DNA of 48,906 bases, filler included, from Sphacelaria rigidula (lineage: Eukaryota), in the NCBI GenBank assembly GCA_964200075.2. It is 3 parts of 3 records of this genome, joined end to end, with 100 filler letters (N's around TTAATTAATTAA, not from the genome) between each part and the next. Parts side by side here need not be neighbours in the genome. Positions count along the whole stretch, not along the records: positions 16,338 to 32,573 come from CAXNAA020001433.1; positions 32,674 to 48,906 come from CAXNAA020001434.1; 1 more part is not named here. The stretch is one strand, 5' to 3'. A program made the position numbers and the translations under genes. The notes under the pieces are model-generated. The model searched no databases and was not told the DNA's origin. It saw only the letters and a list, made by a program, of their open reading frames with translations. This document shows positions 31,450 through 44,300 of the stretch, piece by piece; the stretch's first letter is position 1, and each line of letters starts with the position of its first letter.

Positions 31450-31805
31450 GTAACGTGTTTATGGCGTTTTAGGTATCGTGTAACGTAATGTGAAACGTTT
31501 TATATTACGTGTTTTGAACGTTTGGGCAATTCGACGTTCACGTTACGTATCGTTTGACACGTGAAAAAAAAATAACGTTACGTTAATGTTGCATCCGAAA
31601 ATTCAACCTTACGTTCATCACGTGAAAAATGCAACGTTCACGTCACGTTTCGGCCAAAACGTAACGTGTAACGTTGTGGCACGTGTAACGTGTCGACCCC
31701 TGGAAATTGCGAGGTTCCGCACGTTGCACGTTCATGTTCACGTTATGTTCATCACGTCTGTGAAATTTAACCGTTTTGGAAATTGACGATTTACATTTAA
31801 CGTTT
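31450..31805. repeat. ACGT-rich degenerate tandem repeat tract
   Basis: Very dense cacgt/aacgt/tacgt motifs, e.g. aacgttcacgtcacgtttcggccaaaacgtaacgtgtaacgttgtggcacgtgtaacgtg. Confidence 0.7.
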
Positions 31806-32573
31806 TTTCGGGCAAGAAATGGTTGTTTTTCTACAGGTTTTGAGCAAGTGACTCGCCCGAAGTGTGTTTCTCAGACCCGTGCGAATGGAACGTGGAAGAA
31901 AAGAAGGTTCGAAGGTTCTCTATTTTTCGGGTATGACGATTTGTTTGGCCCGTCGGTGCTTTGTAACCCCGGCCAGAGTGCACGGGTGACTCTCCGTGAA
32001 GCAACCTTCACGCCGCACCTGCAGTAGACGCTTTGCACTGCATCGTAGCAAGCTTGCGCCTAAGTTGAAATAACAAAGGCGAAACCGACGGTACATTTAC
32101 CTCACTTGTGCCCCCGTCTACTGTCTGTAGTCGCAGACAGTCACCGTACTGTCTGTATTCGCAGACAGTCACCGTCAGGCCCTGTGGAGATGTGTTCACT
32201 TACTCCTCTGTACTGCGTGTGATCATGTTATTTTCAGCTTATATCAAGGGAAAATTCATGCCGTGCACGCTACTTTACTCTGCCGTACGCGTTTATACCG
32301 CACCAAACTGCGGTTTGATATTCCATAACGGCGACGAGGATGCCATCTACCCCGCCGTTATACATACTCCTGGTGCAGGGTAGGCGGGGGCCGTTACTTT
32401 AGCATATCCGATACAGGCTACACTTTGTAGGCTGTGATCTTACGGCATATCTCATCCTGCGCTTTGTGCTGTACGTTCCCACGACACCACCTCTATACTG
32501 GGGGCAGGTCATGTCTGAACGTTGCACAACCGTACTTTGTGTTGCGTGAGGTGTATTACTCCGGCTGGCGCTA

Positions 32574-32673
32574 NNNNNNNNNNNNNNNNNNNNNNNNNNN
32601 NNNNNNNNNNNNNNNNNTTAATTAATTAANNNNNNNNNNNNNNNNNNNNNNNNNNNNNNNNNNNNNNNNNNNN
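32574..32673. other. Artificial contig linker (44 N + TTAATTAATTAA + 44 N)
   Basis: Same structure as 16238-16337. Confidence 0.95.
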
Positions 32674-33329
32674 ACTCATGATCATGCCAGGTTGGGGGAG
32701 GGGGGAGGGGGCCACCCAGCGTGCTGTCCCCCAGTTTATTGCCGAGGCGTTGGCGGATGCGGTCAGCTGCCGTGTACAGAGATTCTTGGCATGGAGACCG
32801 CTGAGATGATAAACACACCGCCCCTCCAAGCTCATCACCCACCATGATAACATTTATGGGGTCATATTCCGTGTCGTGTGCATCGACTACCCTCCACTTG
32901 TAGTCCGGGCAAATTTGGCCAGGTGTGAGATAATGTTGCTACTTTGGCTACAGGCTATAGCTACAGTTACTCGTGTATTGTATATTGATGTGTGTGTGAG
33001 CGTTGCCGGTATCCGAGGTCATCGGGACAGCGCGGGCAAGAGCACAAGCAAATATAGGAACATCACAAAGCCTGACAGGCTTCCCGTTTTTTTGTCAGTG
33101 TTTGTTGATCAATTTTTTAAGTTCAACAAAAAATTCAAAAAAATCACAAAGAAGTCACAAAAAGTGTAAAAAATCATGACAATTTTCGAGAAATTGTCCT
33201 CCGGGTGGGGGGCTGGGGGGGCTCCGTGTTCAAATTTTTTCTCTCTATAGACCCTTGGGTTACTCTCCCTGCAATTCTCGTCAACAGATCATCTTCGGAA
33301 AGGAGGTTGGACATCAAAAAGAGTGACAA

Positions 33330-33570
33330 CCCCGAAACAATGCTTTCTCTGGCCTAAAGTCATGACAAATTAGTTTCATATGAATGACCTCATGGCCGCC
33401 GACCTCGCTGAAGCTATTTTGGGGGTTCTCTTGTATTCCATTCCCCGAAAGGGTATGTGCGTACGTAAGCAACATTTTCGGGCTAAAAGCGTCCCCTTTT
33501 CACTCCGAAATCGAGGCAGAAAGGTGTTTTCGCACATGCCCTTTTATGGAGGGACGGAAGACGGGATACC
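33330..33570. mobile_element. Partial, more diverged copy of the 33860-34282 foldback element
   Basis: cctaaagtcatgac..tttcatatgaatgacctcatg..ttcgggctaaaagcgtccccttttc..tcgaggcagaaaggtg is a close reverse complement of ~34035-34235. Confidence 0.75.
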
Positions 33571-33859
33571 AGCAAAATTTAGGGCTGTGATTTGGCGGTT
33601 GCGATCCTGTTCAGTCAAGTTTAAACTGGTCGCGCCAGCGGCCAATTGGGCGATGTTTTCCCACTTAATACTTCAATCGGCTTTTCCCAGCCGAATGACT
33701 GGGGAAAACTCGACGGCGAGCGGCGAAGCCTCGAGCCTCAACGCCCGCCCCCCCCCGGCTGGTGAGGGGGGGTCCGCAACCGGAGGCATTGAAAAATGCG
33801 GCATATGATTTGTTTTTCCTTCAAAAACATTCCCCGCCGTGGCGTCTGTGTAGCCTTCA

Positions 33860-34282
33860 AACATCCTAGATCCGTTTTTGAGGTTCAAAATTTGGGTGAG
33901 GTTCAACTCGGAAACAGTACTTTCCCTGACCTAAAGTCATGATCAATGAATTTCATATGGACGACCTCATGTCCCCCGACCTTCTTGAAACTAATTTTGG
34001 GGTTGCCCGCCTTCCGTGTTCCTAAAGCGTAGGTGCGAAAGCACCTTTTTGCCTCGATATCGAGGCGAAAAAGGGGGACGCTTTTAGCCCGAAATTGGTG
34101 CTTCGCACATACACTTTGGGGGCACGGAAGACGAGCAACCCCCGAAAACAGTTTTAAGGAGGTCGGGGGGCATGAGGTCGTTCATATGAAATTCATTGAT
34201 CATGACTTTAGGTCAGGGAAAGCACTGTTTTCGAATTGGACCTCACCCAAATGTTGAACCTGAAAAACGGGTGCAGGCTGTT
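33860..34282. mobile_element. Foldback element with ~180-bp imperfect TIRs
   Basis: 33860-34040 (…ggttcaaaatttgggtgagg…ctttccctgacctaaagtcatgatcaatgaatttcatatg…) pairs with 34100-34282 (…catatgaaattcattgatcatgactttaggtcagggaaag…cctcacccaaatgttgaacc…). Confidence 0.85.
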
Positions 34283-34401
34283 CTCAGTCCTGTTCAGAAA
34301 AACGACATATAAGTATCACTAGTTAGGGTAGATGAAACGCTCTTTAGTGGCTGATACTAAAATCAAGTAAATAATCAGTTGTTACAGTATACTACAGTAC
34401 G

Positions 34402-34423
34402 ATATATATATATATATATATAT
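34402..34423. repeat. (AT)11 microsatellite
   Basis: Perfect dinucleotide run. Confidence 0.9.
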
Positions 34424-37400
34424 TGTCAGCCCATCGTATCGTAATGTACACGCCTCCCTCTGCCCGCTGGAGCATAACCCACATGCGTAGGGGTGGCCCA
34501 CAATATCATCCCTCCCCCCCACCGCCAAATCCACCAACTTTCAACTTCCGAGGCCAATGTTCCCGAAAATTGAAATGCAGAACCCCATGCTACTACAGGT
34601 ACTGCTTTCGGAGGAGAGACCCTGGGCGTTTATATGGTACACTGCGTTTCAGTAAAAATTAGGAGCGCCCACCAAACAATACACCCATCCATGCTGTTCG
34701 AGATCAAAATTGAAGCACGACACACACGAAAACAAATAAATCAACGACCGGCGGCAGACGAGAGTTTGCGCCCCATCGCGTACAACAAACAAGCGCTGAA
34801 GTTTCTTCCATCCAGCCGCCGGCCGGCTAAGGCTTCACTGGAGGACACAATACAACCAGCAGAATGCTCGTTCTGTTGTGAAAAGCAGAAAGTACGATGC
34901 GAACTTCATCGTCATCGCGCAACGAAGTTAACATGGCCGCAAGTCGGATTCGCACGCGCGGGTGTTCACAAAAGTTCGGCGGACGCAGCAGTTCGCCGTC
35001 CATTTGGAACGGCAATCAATGTACTCAAATGAGTCGCGAGTGATCCAGGCGCAACCCGCGGCAAAACCTCAAACACAAACATGTTAGGGCATAAAGCTGC
35101 GCCAGGCGCCAATACTTTCAAGCAAAAACACATTTCTACACAACGCACCCGGAATCGGCATCTTTCGGCCATCATCATGGTACGCACGTTGTGTACGGTA
35201 CTTGTATATATACAAGGTAACAAACTCGATAAAGCCATAGTAGTTACTCGGTGGCTCTTTCCAGCCCAAGTTACTCATGGCAGTTTGGTGTATCTAGACC
35301 GATCAAGACAGCTGATGATCAAAAGCGTAGCGAGCAGCTCGTACGGTACGGCATAGTTCCAATCAGTGCTGCAGCGGTAGCACATGATCTACCAAGTAGT
35401 ACCATGACAATACTACAGGATGAATACACGACTTTGTTCCGGCGATGGAGTATAGGTAGTAGTGCGCGATTGTACACACACGGGTAGGTTTCCGGGACAT
35501 GATTGAGTTTCAAAGTCCTCTATACGCAGACGTACCCCCTTGACAGGATGAATATGGGCATGTAGATGGGACTATTTTTGTGCCGTATCTTATTGAAATT
35601 GGTACATCTCTCGTGGTGAGTCTGGGTGTTGAACCGAGCGAATACTATTTGGCGGTGTAACTTCGTAGACCGCTGTCTCGCAAGTGTACCACCCCCGTCT
35701 GCACGAAACACAGCGGTAAAGCAACAAGAGAGGACACCCGACGCTCCTGAAAGCACTTAGTTATCCGAGATCCAACAGGGGAGAGGTAGTGCCAACGTGC
35801 CTCATCATTTCCTTCCCCTCTCTGACATGTACCTTTTGGCCTAATGAACACTACACGATTCCCCTCATTCCTCCCAGTACAGCACCCACCAGATTCACCG
35901 CGCTGATTCTGTCCTGTCCAGACATAGTTTGTCGCAGAGATCCTCCCTGTCTGTTTGTTATTTCCTCTACCGTAGTGAACGCAAGATCTAATCGCCAGCT
36001 CTGTTGTTCTCCACTGCTACCAAGGCTATGCCTTTGTTCTCGTTTTGACGTGAGCCAGCCTTTGTAGCAAGCCTCGTCGTTGGGATATGACATTAACCGA
36101 AAGAAATGTGGCGGGGTTTTATTGTCATGTTGACCAACGATCGAACAATCTTGTTGCCATATTCCAGGCAAAAAAATGGGTAGGGGGACATTTTTTTCGT
36201 TCGCTTGTGATTTATTCTGTTTGGTTTGCTCTTGATTTTCGTGATATGGTGGCGATTCTTCGAGCATGGGGAAAGTGCCACCTGGCGCTCGCCACTACAG
36301 TGAGACCCTCGCCACTAGAGGAGTGATGTTTGTCATGCGTGGTTGCCCGGAAATCATCTATGGTTCGACCGCGGGTCTGACTAAAGCTCTGATGCGACGA
36401 TCAATATCCTGCGTATATACATTTGACACCATATATATTCTCATCAGATCCACAAATGGACAGCATCGTCGCCCACTTTCTCTACCCAAGCGTTCGGTTC
36501 TATATGTACATGCGGATCCTTCCCGCTTGGTATCTTGAATTGACCGCTCGTGCAGGGACCCCATAGATGGTACATCGTAAAAAATTGACATAGTAATGCT
36601 GGCCATAACCGGACACCATGATGATGCTGCCGCCGGAATTACAAACCTGACTCACTTGCTTCATGACGTTGGTACGTGTGCAGCACGTCGGAGTTGAGCG
36701 TACGCTACACCGCAATATGTTTCGAAGGTACCCGCACATGGGTTGATTTCCGTCAGCTCGTCGCACCTTCCTCGAACCAAACACTCATGCCCACCTCTGC
36801 CCACAAGTCACCGCCAGTGGGGACAACCGACGCATGCACCTTCGTTTGTGGACATTAATCTGGTGATCAGTGTCGAAATGAAATATCCCGTCCTGCTCCT
36901 GCCGACTGTTCCTTGTCAGCTGTCACTGTGCCCTACTACAACGCGCACCACCTCTCAATGAGAACCGCCCAGTCCCGTCGCTACGGCTGTATGCTCAGTA
37001 AAATAGAATATCCTGTGAAACGTTGTGACAGTCGCTCCACGACCAGTCAAATAAATCGAACACAGAACAAAATCACACCGAATTGCATTCCACTATAGTG
37101 GTACTACTCTACTATAATAACGCACGAAACAATATCTGTAAAACATCACCGTTCAGCAAAAATGACAATAGCAACGACGGCAATACATTGATACGATTCA
37201 ACGATTTCTCCGTTCACAAGTTGATCGATAAGCGGGGAAACCTTAATCGACGCCGCAGAGTGTTGAATATACATACATACCCTCGCGCTTTCACTGCTCA
37301 CTCAAGGAAACTCGGATAGCGTGGTATGTTCCCGTACGCTCACCGCCACACGCGTTCCTCACTCACGGACAAGCCCAACTCTGACGATACGGCTGATGCC

Positions 37401-37887
37401 GTAGCACAAGGTTACCACAACCGGTAATGCGGGGTATCCCCCTGGTAGTAGTGACCGTACGATACCATTCTGCCCGTGAGTGGTAGATAAGATACACAGT
37501 ACAGCGATCGAAAGTAAAGCCAGCCGTATGTCAGTATATAATATGCACAAGAATCCTCGCACCGCACGAATAAACCCCACAAAGCACAAAGCACAAAGCA
37601 CAACGCCTCAATATTCTGAAATTTGCATTTTTTGGCATGATTGTGGTGACTGGAATATGTGGAGAGGACCGAAAAATTCATGACATACCCCAAAAAGACA
37701 CACTCCACAGTGCACGATGTGCTTCACCTACAGAAAACATGCCTTCCCTGCGCAATGTCCATACCAGTCACAGTCCGACTTGAAATTGCTCCGTTTCTTC
37801 TTGTGTGACTTCATCCGCTGCTCCTCCACTACCGTGATGAGCCAGAACACTACTGTGGCACAAGATCGTGTATCGGTCGGAATGTCA

Positions 37888-38301
37888 TCAGCTCATCACA
37901 ATTGGAGCATGCAAGTTCCCTCTGGTTTCGAAACGCGGCCTCCTGAGGTTGTGTGCGCCTGTGTCGTTAATCTCCCCACCACCGCGCTTGTTTTGTTTAC
38001 CTTCCTCAACCCCCCTGTCGCGTCTCTGGCGCGCGTTGCGCTCCATCTGTCTCTTGACCAGACGCATCTCGCGCTCTGCCTGTAGGTCTTCCCACACGGA
38101 GTACAGTTTTTTTTCAAGAGCGGCTTCTAGTTGTAGAGTGAATATTACCTTCCTAACTGCCTCTTGTTTCTCACGCCTAGACGCTTGTATGCGACGCCAC
38201 CACGCAAGCCCCTTTAGTCCGGCTTTGTGGAACCACCTCAGGGTGAACACTGCCGCCATGCCGATAAAGAAGAGCTGGGTGCGGGGTAAAATGAACATCA
38301 T
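37888..38301 (-). CDS. Candidate orphan protein (137 aa, or a first exon): N-terminal hydrophobic segment plus charged coiled-coil-like helix
   Basis: MMFILPRTQLFFIGMAAVFTL (hydrophobic) is followed by an E/K/R/Q-rich stretch (SRREKQEAVRK...LEAALEKK...LQAEREMRLVKRQMERNARQRR). Possible donor G|GTAAAC at 38001/38000. No family recognised. Confidence 0.3.
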   Translation of the reverse strand: MMFILPRTQLFFIGMAAVFTLRWFHKAGLKGLAWWRRIQASRREKQEAVRKVIFTLQLEAALEKKLYSVWEDLQAEREMRLVKRQMERNARQRRDRGVEEGKQNKRGGGEINDTGAHNLRRPRFETRGNLHAPIVMS

Positions 38302-41300
38302 TGCCGACGAGGGCGAGGGAAAGCGCTTGTTGCGAACGAAGGTCTGTGCGCAATTGGAATACACGCAGTTCCCACGCTTCAAACAACAACTACGATCGAA
38401 GTCCAAGGTACATTGCACCTACTGCTATAGTGTACTTGTAAATCGCTTGCAGCGTAGCTTCACGATGTGCTACACAATACACATATATAAGGAGTGAAGG
38501 TGGTGTAGAGCCTCGCACGACGGAGAGTACCGGCATTGCCGGGTTCCTACAAGAAACATGCGGAATTGGCGTCGTGGTGGGGATATTTTACACCCTCGTC
38601 AGTTTGAGCAAAGCCAACCCGGCCACCAAGGTGTACAACTACAGTAGGCCGTTCGCGCGACGACACATGAAAAATATGAAGCACTGAAAAAACGAAGCCG
38701 ACCGACTGTAATACGTGCACAAGGTTGACGTACTGCAGAACCACAAACATATGCAAGCTATGTCATCAATTCGTAGACTTCGACAACAAGTTGGTGGATG
38801 TCCATCACAGCATGGAGAGTGACATGGGCTATCACTGCTGTCGCCCCCAGAAGCGCTTCACGCTTGGTTTTCCATGGGTGCAGCAGCTACAGGAAGCGCC
38901 TCCACAAGCGTGCGAGCGAGCGGCGCCCCTGCTCCCCCCCTCTCCACCCACACAAAAGAAAGTATATCGGAATACAACCTCCTTCCTCGAAACCCGGCAG
39001 AGTGTGACGATAATAACGCGAAAGAACGAATAAAACAGTATATGGAGCCGCTGAATTGTGCGTTGCATACCTTCGCAGTGCCTGGTAGCCACATGTAGAT
39101 GAAGGTACTTGTGTCCTTGCTCGCATCAGCAATGGTAGAGGCACCTCGTACGATCGGTGGATCGCCTGGTGGTGTACACATCCGCAGCATCTTGTCGAAT
39201 GCCCAATCAAACACACCCCAAGAGCCGCGGTAACCACCGCCATCGTCAATCTTTTTGTCGAGATGGCTCGCCTTCCTACTGCAGCCGAGGACGAAAAAGA
39301 AGCGATTTATTCGAACGATTGGAGTTCACCGTTAAAATATATTTTTGGGAGGGTGTAAAGATACTGTGCTGTATTAGTTGGGGGATTTTCGATGGCAAGC
39401 TCTTTTTTGTACGACGGCATGCGCCGAAGGAAAGCAGAGAGTATAGTACACGTTGCACCCAAAATTTTAAACCTGTGTTTTTCCACGCGATGCGCTGCTA
39501 CTGTAGATCGATCTAGAGTAGAGAGTAATCGTGTTCACCTTTGCTTGCAAAAGAAACATAATGACCACTGGTGTTCATCGTACTACAGTATACACTGTCC
39601 AAATAAAACCCTTAGCCGCAGGCCGCCGGCATGGGAGGATCGCACAGGGAAATGTTTCGACACATGAATAATCGGCCCATAGAATGATCCTCGGGAGCAA
39701 ACTAGCAGTACTACTGGAGAGCCAACGGGTCAATTTCCGCCGCATTTAATGGGACTAATTAAGTACCTGTGTTGAATTTCAAGTAGATGTTCTGACCAGA
39801 TAATCAACAACAGCACGACGTAAAACAGATGCAACGCAGTCAGATCCAGCACGTGAAGTTGTAACGGTGAGGCGGGAGCAAGCGGAGCGAGAGACCGTTC
39901 CACCTGACTTTTCAGATCATGACGAATATGAGAGATGCACAAAAAATAGCACAGGGGGCTCGGAACAAAAACCGCCGCTTCCGTCTGTATATGTGTGCTT
40001 ATATATCTGTCCATGTATCCATCCCATTGGGAGGTCAATGTTTACATCATCTCTACCGCTACAGTCCACGAAACGCTGTCAAACCGGTAGCGAAGTATGC
40101 CGCATCCCAGTAGCCCTTGCGCTGACGGTGCTCGCTCGGTTCGAAGAAATTATTTGGAAGAAATAGGGCTTTTCGAACGAACCCCGGAGGTCTATGCGTC
40201 CCGGAAAAATACAATTCGTTGCCGATTGCGACATGGCCGTAGGGCGTTTCACATTCGTATCTTGATACTCAACGCAACGTCACCAAAACGATGACCAAAT
40301 GTCCTCAACTCGAGTGTCTTTCTGACGCACCCTTTTCTTTCTCGCTAGCTCACCGGCGTGCCTAGTTTGCATCATCTGGGTGTCGGGCTTTGGTAACCTA
40401 GCAACAGATTTAATACGTGTTAGCTACTTCTTGGGGGTCTTTGGCAAATGCCTGTGCATTTCGGGTTCCTACCTCTACATCGAACCCAACGCCGCCAAAG
40501 AAGTGGCCCATGTGTCTTCGACTCCCATACAATTCTAATCCATCGTTTTTTTTCGCTGGCTTTTCCGTGTGCTCGTTATGCCCTACGAGACTGGCCGGAG
40601 TTTCCCCGAGCGGCAGCAGAAGACGAGTCGGTCGCTCCTGTCTTACGCTGCGCATGTGTCCATGACGCATGGCACACGCGCGGTACTACGAGCTGTTGGG
40701 CTAGCATGAAAACATGTCTGTAATGTCACAGCCATGTCTCATCGACGCAGACGAATTCGCCCATGATCCGCAGGTTTCGTCCATCATCTACTCAAGGGAC
40801 AGATGCTTTATCGTTGATGAAATGCCATGCCCAGAAAATCCCGTGACGTACGGAGAGATCTCGATGCTCAAGTCTATACGAAACCCCAGTCGAAATGTCT
40901 GTGGATGATGCTGATGTTTGGCGTGAACATTTCTTGGGGCAAGGGGAAACAATCGATACCCCCACCTTCACCTGATTCGTTATATATCGATAAATATAAA
41001 TATATATATATGTCGCTTCTAACATTCAATACTTATTTCAAGATACTGCACTAAAGGCACGAAGAGTGGATTCACCACCTCAGATTTGGGAGTTGTGCGG
41101 TGAAAATCGGTCAGAGTATCGCAGGGGAAAAATAGAGTACGCACGGTAGGCAAGCGGTCGTTTAGCAGCATTTCGGGATACGGTATTTCGACGCGCATCG
41201 CTAGTCCTCGAGAACAACATATCTTTTCGAAGGGTGATGGGACGCACATCCCTCAACCTCTTCAACATTTCAGTTCGGCGGGCGCCGCGACGCGCACCTC

Positions 41301-44300
41301 TCCACGTCTTGTAAATACGATATCTCAAGTAATAGACGGGCAGTCTGCAGCACGTGCGGATGCTCGTTTCTCCGCTGAAAAATCTAGCTCACCCCAAGCA
41401 CAGCATAATATATGTATGTACCGCACATGTTCCGCAGGGAAAGAGGCACCAACATCGCTTACACACGATAATCGACACATACGCGAGTGATCAACAAGTT
41501 CAAGCCCCACAGATACGCACCTACTCCATGCCATAACGGGGGCGAGCTGTAGACTCACGGCGATGGTGGCAAGCATGCGGGCGCTCAGTGCTGACTTCTT
41601 CATGTTGATTGATGTGGCCTTTTGAACAAGGCTGAGCCGGTTGAAGTTGTCAGCCATATCCAACAGCTGCCTGGTAGATAGTACTCCAACGTTCACCGTA
41701 GCCATGAAACACGGTAACAGCAGCAGCAGCGTGTTCACTCGGCAGCAATATACTGAGTTGGGTGCAAGAACGGGCGTTGGAGTGGATCATCATGCTGAGG
41801 TCGTCCCGGTGAGGAGACCGCGGTGCACTTGGGCAGCTTGGATGTTTTTCTGGTGAGGGTTCAAACGCCGTGCATAATGGTTCACACGCCATGGCAATCC
41901 AATTCGATCCCAACGAGTGCAATCGATGGTAACAGTAGCACCACGAGTTCGTGCTGAAACAAAACCGCCGCAGCTCTTGTGTGTGTGGCTAGCCAGCCCG
42001 ATGGGGCATGGTGTGAAATGGTGCACGTTGGGCTCTGTTCACGGGACTGTCACCGACTGTCGGAAAATATACATGCATAATGGTGCGGAATTTGAATATC
42101 ATATTTAAACCAAAAATAGAATCCCGCGTCCGCAAAAAGAGTGGATCTTTTCCCGAACGCACTCAATCGTGAGCTTTACTTGCAGTCAGTGAAGTTTCGC
42201 TCACAGTCCCGTGCGAGTTCTGTCTTTTCTACCTGAACGTCCATACCTCGATTCAACCTCATTTAGGTTGGCTTATGTTCAGGCCCTACAACAGTACAAG
42301 CCTCCAATTACCACCGCTGAAAGAGATTATAACTTAGTTCCTACCTGCAGGGCCTATGCTACTGTTCGTTTGTCGTTTGCGTTTGAGGGTCTACCGTATG
42401 AATTCGGCATGGTGTGTTTCATTTTGCATACTGCCAAACGCCAACAATGGTTGGGCCTCCCTGTGTGAGAGAGGGATCATGTTCGACACGTGAGACACGA
42501 CTGTTGTTGTAGTACCGTATCCAGGAGTAAACGAAATGCACAAACGGAGTTCTTTGCAGACAGAACTCTGAACGATACGAGGTATACTCCTAGGTGAAGG
42601 GCGCCTCCCTGGGGCAGAACAAGCAGAAACAATCGCTACCGACAGGGAACGCAGACACTGAATCCACCAGGGCTCGATCTGTGGAGTTTTCTGTAGCACA
42701 CAGTTTTCCATACCAGGTACTTGGCGGGGTATATGGCGTCCTTTCGATTTTCAACGAAATCCTGCACATGAAATCGAAAAAATAACCCCAGTCTTTTTCT
42801 CATCGTTTATTGCTGTGTCGATACGAACACGCTCTCCCAAACGTACATGGGCTTCTCGACAACGTGGAAAGCACTGAAGACGAACGACTCTCAGGCAAAA
42901 CAGCTGCTGAGCATATTATCCGAGTCGTGTCACAGCATCATCGTAGACGTATGCATATACTTCGATAGATATTCATTCGAACCGAGGTGTAAACGTTGTT
43001 CTTGATAGGGAACTGTGCGTTTGCCCTTGATTCACTTTCTGTCTGTAGTAAATCGCCCCAACATGATGTCGCATGTCTCCACTTTTCTGAGAGGCAAGAA
43101 CAAAAACCTTGGAGAGGAGGGTGCACATGTGTGAGCATGCGTGCGTGGCGGCTATAGAAATACATACGGCAGGGTGTGTACAGCATCCCGTGCAGATTTT
43201 GTCCTCATAGTAGTGGCATCCATCGATCCAAAGGTGTAACCCCTACCAACGTACCCATGTGAAATGTTTAGCATGTGCCACGACTTCTTCAAGCTTCGTA
43301 AGATGCAACGCAAGAAAGTGTGTGCGCAGCTTCGCCCTGTCGCAACCACACCTCACGGGTAACGCGTAGAAAACCAAAAAACGACCATAGCAAGAACTGA
43401 GCTCATCTCACCTCGCAGAGCTGTTCCCTTCTTGTAGCAATAGCTGTGGTCCTTGTTCCCCCCTATCCAGTTGATACCTATCCCCTCCCCACACTGTCTT
43501 CCCTTGATGCTGTAATCTCTGCAAGCTAGCCTAGTCTCCCAAATTTCTCCTGTTTCTTAGCTTTGTGCAGCTTCTGATCCTACCGAAGCCAATCGACCAT
43601 CGGACCGTGACGAGTCACTACGCAACAAGGAAGGCGCCCTCGGCGTATATATTGATAGATGCACGAGGTGTGCAATGTTGCGTGAGGAGGGGGGCGGGGC
43701 AGGGTCGTCTTTGCTGCCAATATTCAATATTTCAATATCTGATATCTGGCGTCTCCCATTAATTTGTGTCTGAGGAGATAGCTTTGACTCAAAGCAAAAA
43801 AAAAAAACGACCGACGGAAATCTAACGCCCACGAAAACGCCCCCCAACCCCACACCCCCAAACGCACCAGAGNNNNNNNNNNAAATGCAATATTGAAATA
43901 GCTGATATCTGGCGTCCCCAAATAATTTGTGTCTGAGAAAAAAGATTTAAAAAAAAAAAAAAAAAAAAAAACGACCGACGGAAATCTAAAGTCTACGACA
44001 ACGTCGGAGATCTCAATACACTGAAACGAAGCCAGGCAGTCGAGCGGAAGTCACTAAGGCACGCCGCATATTCCCCCGCAAGATATTACCTCCGATACGC
44101 GCGCCCTCACACCCGCAGCAGCAGACAGTAATGGCTACTCTCCTACTCCTGTTGGGGCCCGGCCAAACATGATGAGATTGCATCCCCCGGGGCGATGTAT
44201 CCTGCACGCCAACAACAGTGATGATCGATCCGCCAGCACTGGCAAAATCTTGAACGTGTATCAGCGTGCACAGCGCAGCTGAAAGCCCGGCGCCATACCC

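Noticed and set aside
32430-32470. MRYAVRS on the minus strand as the AlaAT N-terminal exon
   Set aside because: It lacks the conserved Gly and the upstream context, and no compatible following exon was found.
43720-44005. Apparent ~120-bp tandem duplication around the gap at 43873-43882
   Set aside because: The two versions flank a 10-N gap and each degrades on one side of a poly(A) run, as expected for unmerged low-quality read ends.
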